DNA of 64,000 nucleotides, counting the filler, from Asterionella formosa (taxonomy: Eukaryota): the NCBI GenBank assembly GCA_002256025.1. It is 13 parts of 13 records of this genome, joined end to end, with 100 filler letters (N's around TTAATTAATTAA, not from the genome) between each part and the next. Parts side by side here need not be neighbours in the genome. Positions count along the whole stretch, not along the records: positions 59,484 to 64,000 come from NKIB01013481.1; 12 more parts are not named here. One strand, written 5' to 3'. Positions 60,609 through 64,000 of this stretch are shown here, in pieces. The notes under the pieces were generated by a model. The model saw only the letters and a list, made by a program, of their open reading frames with translations, was not told the DNA's origin and did not search any database. The position numbers and the translations under genes are program-made. Positions within the stretch are counted from its first letter, which is position 1. Each line of letters begins with the position of its first letter.

Positions 60609-62801
60609 CTAGCTCATGCGGGATCGTTGACTCTTTGGTTTGAAATAGCCTTTAATCTTTCCAGAACGATCACCAATCTCAGAGAAAAGGGCATCAGCCT
60701 TTCTCTGCTCCTCCTGTAAAACGCGATCTTCGTCTTCCATCCTGCGCTGCAATTCAGTCTCTTTTGGGAGCACGGAACGAAGCTGAATTCGAGTCAAGTG
60801 TTTCCCCCGAATCACAGAGTTCTTTTGGAATCTTGAAAAATTCTTCCCATTTTCCTTGAATTTTGTGTTATATGCTGGAATGATGCACTTGTCAACAATC
60901 AAACCCTTGACAGGGCATGTGGGAGCACATGTAACAATTTTCTGGCCTTCTCCCAAGGTAGCCTCCAAATCCTCGTTGGAATTCTTATAGGCTTTGCGTT
61001 CATTGCCCTGAGGAGCGGCAGTGAACCAGCCTTGCTCGTCCTTGCCCTTGAGCCTCTTGCGACCTGATTCGGCAATTTCTTCGTTGTGAATTTCTAGCCA
61101 GCGTAACCGCTGCATTCGTCTCAAAGCCGCATCACCTTCGATGGGTTCCTCATCTGTTTCTGGGTGACTACGCTTCTTGCTGCGCTGCGAAGATGATACG
61201 CCTTTCTGTACCAAAAATCCTTCATCCGGTTTTTGGTGTCCAAGCTGCCTGATTTGAGAACTATGCAGGGGAGCAATGATAGGCTCGTCCTCACGATATG
61301 ACATATCTCGCTTGCTCCCAATTTTCTTCTCTTGGTCAACTCTAATTCGCTTTGATGTCGTATGAGCTGAATACTGCTGAGGAGAAGGAGCGTGCGTCAC
61401 CTCGTGCGTTTCACTGGTAACTGAATGCTGTTTGGTTTGCGGATAGTTTGGAATTTCTTGGGTTGTTACCGTTTCATGGCGACGTTTCTGTGAGCGACTT
61501 TCTGGTGCGGTTTCTTCCATTAGCTCAACTGATTGATCCCGCTGGTCAACTCTATTCTTGGGGAACGCGTTTCTCTGCTTGGGTTGACCTGGTTCGATAG
61601 TTATCATACGATGATCGTCACCATTCATATCCTGAGACTTGTTGAACATTGTTGGAGTGACTTCCTTATCTATTGGAACCCCAATGACATTGCCTTCCGT
61701 ATCTGACAAGGGAAGTTGTTCCGAGGCGCAGCTTGCAATACATTTTTGAATCACATATGGAACTGTCATCTTCTTCAACTCTGCGATTAGCTTCCCATAT
61801 TTGGAGGCGGATGAGTTGACAAAGAAAGCTCCTTCACAGGTCGAGTCTCTAATGAGCTGGATAGCCGCTTTACCAGTAACCTTGTAAAGAGGAATAATAT
61901 TGGCCCCAGCAGCACGAACGAGAGATTCCATATCGTCATCAACCAAACTTAGCAGAGTTAGGTGAGACCATAGTCTGGGGTTGGGCTTAATGTTCCAGAA
62001 TTCAAACTTGTCCCCTGACGGGATATAATCAGACTCATTTGGCATAGGATCTGATGGATGTTTCCGAGAAAGCATAGCTTGGACAAATTCACTCGTCACC
62101 ATGGGAGTTTCCGTCAACCATGCAACAAGGTTCTTGGCGTTTGAGATCCGATCCTTGGCAACAAGATGGGTAGTTAATTTATCGAAGACTTCCGCAGACT
62201 TGGCGCCAATTTCATGTATTCGATTGGCGAGATCATCCTTTGTCGCTTTGTCGAGACGCGAAAAGATGAATTTAAGTGGTACTCGAGTAATCACCATTGT
62301 CGAGCCATTTTGACCGCACTGAACAATCACTCGTCCATTATTTTCGTGCAACAATGGATTAAGCAGCACAGGTGCATCAGGTTCAACCTTTTTCAGAGTT
62401 GCTTTGCTGCAATCCGTCACAATCCTTTTCGTGATTTCTGACAAGGTTTTGAAGACCGTTTGGGAGGGTTCACCTTCATTGTCAGTTTCGTCGTTTCCGG
62501 TTTCGGAATCGTCGCCAGTCTTGGCTGCATTCTGCTGACTCTCTTCGATCACAATAAAATTACCAAACTTGCTTTGATCCTTGAGCATAATATTCCCCGC
62601 AGCATCGAGGGTCAACTCCAAGTGCTCACGAGAAACAGACTTGTCAGAGAAAACGACATCGCCATCCTTACGGCCAACTTTGATTAGAACGCCATCCTTG
62701 GTAGTATTAGGTGCCGCAAAAAGCGGCGCTATCGGTGATTTCAGCTTGTTCCCAGGGAGAGGTACATAGTCATGAGGGTATGCGTCAACTTTAAGGAGCA
62801 T
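60609..62801 (-). CDS. NBS1: Nibrin / NBS1 homologue (FHA-BRCT-BRCT...Mre11-binding motif)
   Basis: FHA: VGRKDGDVVFSDKSVSREH...LKDQSKFG. BRCT: TTHLV...AKNLVAWLTETPMVTSEFV...PNESDYIP. Long disordered region, then KNFSRFQK (NFKxFxK-like) and a terminal ADALF motif. Likely ATG at 62801. Confidence 0.8.
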   Translation of the reverse strand: MLLKVDAYPHDYVPLPGNKLKSPIAPLFAAPNTTKDGVLIKVGRKDGDVVFSDKSVSREHLELTLDAAGNIMLKDQSKFGNFIVIEESQQNAAKTGDDSETGNDETDNEGEPSQTVFKTLSEITKRIVTDCSKATLKKVEPDAPVLLNPLLHENNGRVIVQCGQNGSTMVITRVPLKFIFSRLDKATKDDLANRIHEIGAKSAEVFDKLTTHLVAKDRISNAKNLVAWLTETPMVTSEFVQAMLSRKHPSDPMPNESDYIPSGDKFEFWNIKPNPRLWSHLTLLSLVDDDMESLVRAAGANIIPLYKVTGKAAIQLIRDSTCEGAFFVNSSASKYGKLIAELKKMTVPYVIQKCIASCASEQLPLSDTEGNVIGVPIDKEVTPTMFNKSQDMNGDDHRMITIEPGQPKQRNAFPKNRVDQRDQSVELMEETAPESRSQKRRHETVTTQEIPNYPQTKQHSVTSETHEVTHAPSPQQYSAHTTSKRIRVDQEKKIGSKRDMSYREDEPIIAPLHSSQIRQLGHQKPDEGFLVQKGVSSSQRSKKRSHPETDEEPIEGDAALRRMQRLRWLEIHNEEIAESGRKRLKGKDEQGWFTAAPQGNERKAYKNSNEDLEATLGEGQKIVTCAPTCPVKGLIVDKCIIPAYNTKFKENGKNFSRFQKNSVIRGKHLTRIQLRSVLPKETELQRRMEDEDRVLQEEQRKADALFSEIGDRSGKIKGYFKPKSQRSRMS

Positions 62802-63208
62802 CGCAAGTAGAGACGCATTGAGTATGGCGTCATGTAGTATGGATGAAAGTCTAATTCTACCACATAAAGGCAGACTGTTGGAAGCAGAATCTTGGATATA
62901 CAGTATGTAGCTATCCAAGAGGAAGAGTAACGATTGAAGACTTTAGGGTAATCTCCCTCGTAGTTCAAACCGTCCTCTGTACTGGATCTTCGAGATGCCG
63001 ACACCCTGTTAGGGTCCGTCCCGATCAATCATACCTGCAAGGTCACCAGGTAATCGACATATTTGCTTACCGTTCATCAGCGTTTCCGATAGTTCCAACC
63101 GTCTTTTCCGGAGATTTAGCTAGGTTTCCTTCAAAGTACCAACTGCCCTTACTACTATGTACGGCTTGCTACATATGATTATTTGGGAATACCAACGAAG
63201 GCCGAATC

Positions 63209-63275
63209 TTCAGGTTCCTGCATTTCAACCCTAAATTAGAGGTAGGGTTTTAAAAACAATACCGGTATTGAGTCT
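63209..63275 (-). mobile_element. Isolated right end of the TIR MITE family
   Basis: TTCAGGTTCCTGCATTTCAACCCT...GAGGTAGGGTT is the reverse complement of about 48590-48647. Confidence 0.7.
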
Positions 63276-64000
63276 CAGCACAGTTATCATGGAAGCCAAA
63301 CAAGTGTTTAATTGGTGCCTTGGATGATTCAGCAAATTCTATAAAGGATAGATTCCTGTTCTTTAAAATCCAAGCACCATAATAAATTTTCAATTGGAGT
63401 CAATCAGCTTTTGGATTGTTGTTCGAGAGAGACTGGGCTATTGGATTTCAGGAAAGCAGCAGGACATACTAGAAGAACGCGGATCCTGTGAGATGGATTG
63501 GACAGAAATCTAGGTTCTGGAACATGCAGTGGAAGGCACCCTTTGTCGGCTTTTTAAATCCTTTCTATGTTCTTGACCATTGAAACTCAGGGTAGATGTC
63601 ATTTGTTGCTGCCTGTTGTGGCGCTTGTGATAGCATCTGATGCTTTGGTGGTAATCGAAATCATGAGAACCCCAATTATCCTTTCTTTGCTGGCTTGTTT
63701 TTACCACTTCCACCATCATGCGAACCACCACGAGGCGTGGGTGTTTGGGGGTAGGGCGGAACATTTCCGAGGTGCCGCGTTACCTTGTATGGTATTTGTA
63801 CATAGATTTGTAGTAGCCTACCGGTAATCAATAACATATGGCTCCGGGTCCCCTGGTATGTATTTACATATTCATACCGGGAACGTAGTCGTAAAAAATT
63901 AAACTCCCAGTTAAACCCGTAGTGGAAGCTAGCACTAGTAGTTTACTACTACTCCAGGACAGTGCACAAAGCTATTCTTGGCGACAATACCGGTTGTGGT

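Noticed and set aside
1..64000. A multi-gene system spanning the window (e.g. NBS1, chromodomain, proteasome and USP genes)
   Set aside because: The genes are on different unlinked contigs, so adjacency across spacers has no biological meaning.

Overview
This is not one locus. It is 13 unlinked eukaryotic contigs of about 4.84-4.87 kb, sorted by decreasing length and joined by artificial 100-bp N44-TTAATTAATTAA-N44 spacers, so neighbourhood across spacers means nothing. Gene content points to a diatom or close photosynthetic stramenopile (inference): an ASAFAP-type plastid presequence, a Cys-rich module on a GH16, mostly intronless genes and typical TE remnants. Intact-looking genes: a GH16-like glycanase (5' partial), an armadillo-repeat protein, a chromodomain plus C2H2 protein (5' partial), a PH-TM-EDR2_C protein, a prolyl 4-hydroxylase-like dioxygenase, membralin, PSMD5, two tandem MFS paralogues and a nibrin/NBS1 homologue. 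The rest is mostly decayed mobile DNA: a LINE, a Ty3/gypsy element, pogo-like and Plavaka-like transposases, six remnants of one DDE transposase family, and a 1.1-kb TIR MITE apparently linked to that family. The most striking signal is a pervasive micro-insertion process. Aligning repeat copies and restoring TE reading frames shows TA sites converted to TA-(G/C/CCGG/CCAGG)-TA and AT sites converted to AT-GC-AT. These look like transposon excision footprints, and they pile up next to genes. No prokaryote-type novel system (CRISPR, defence operon etc.) is supported.
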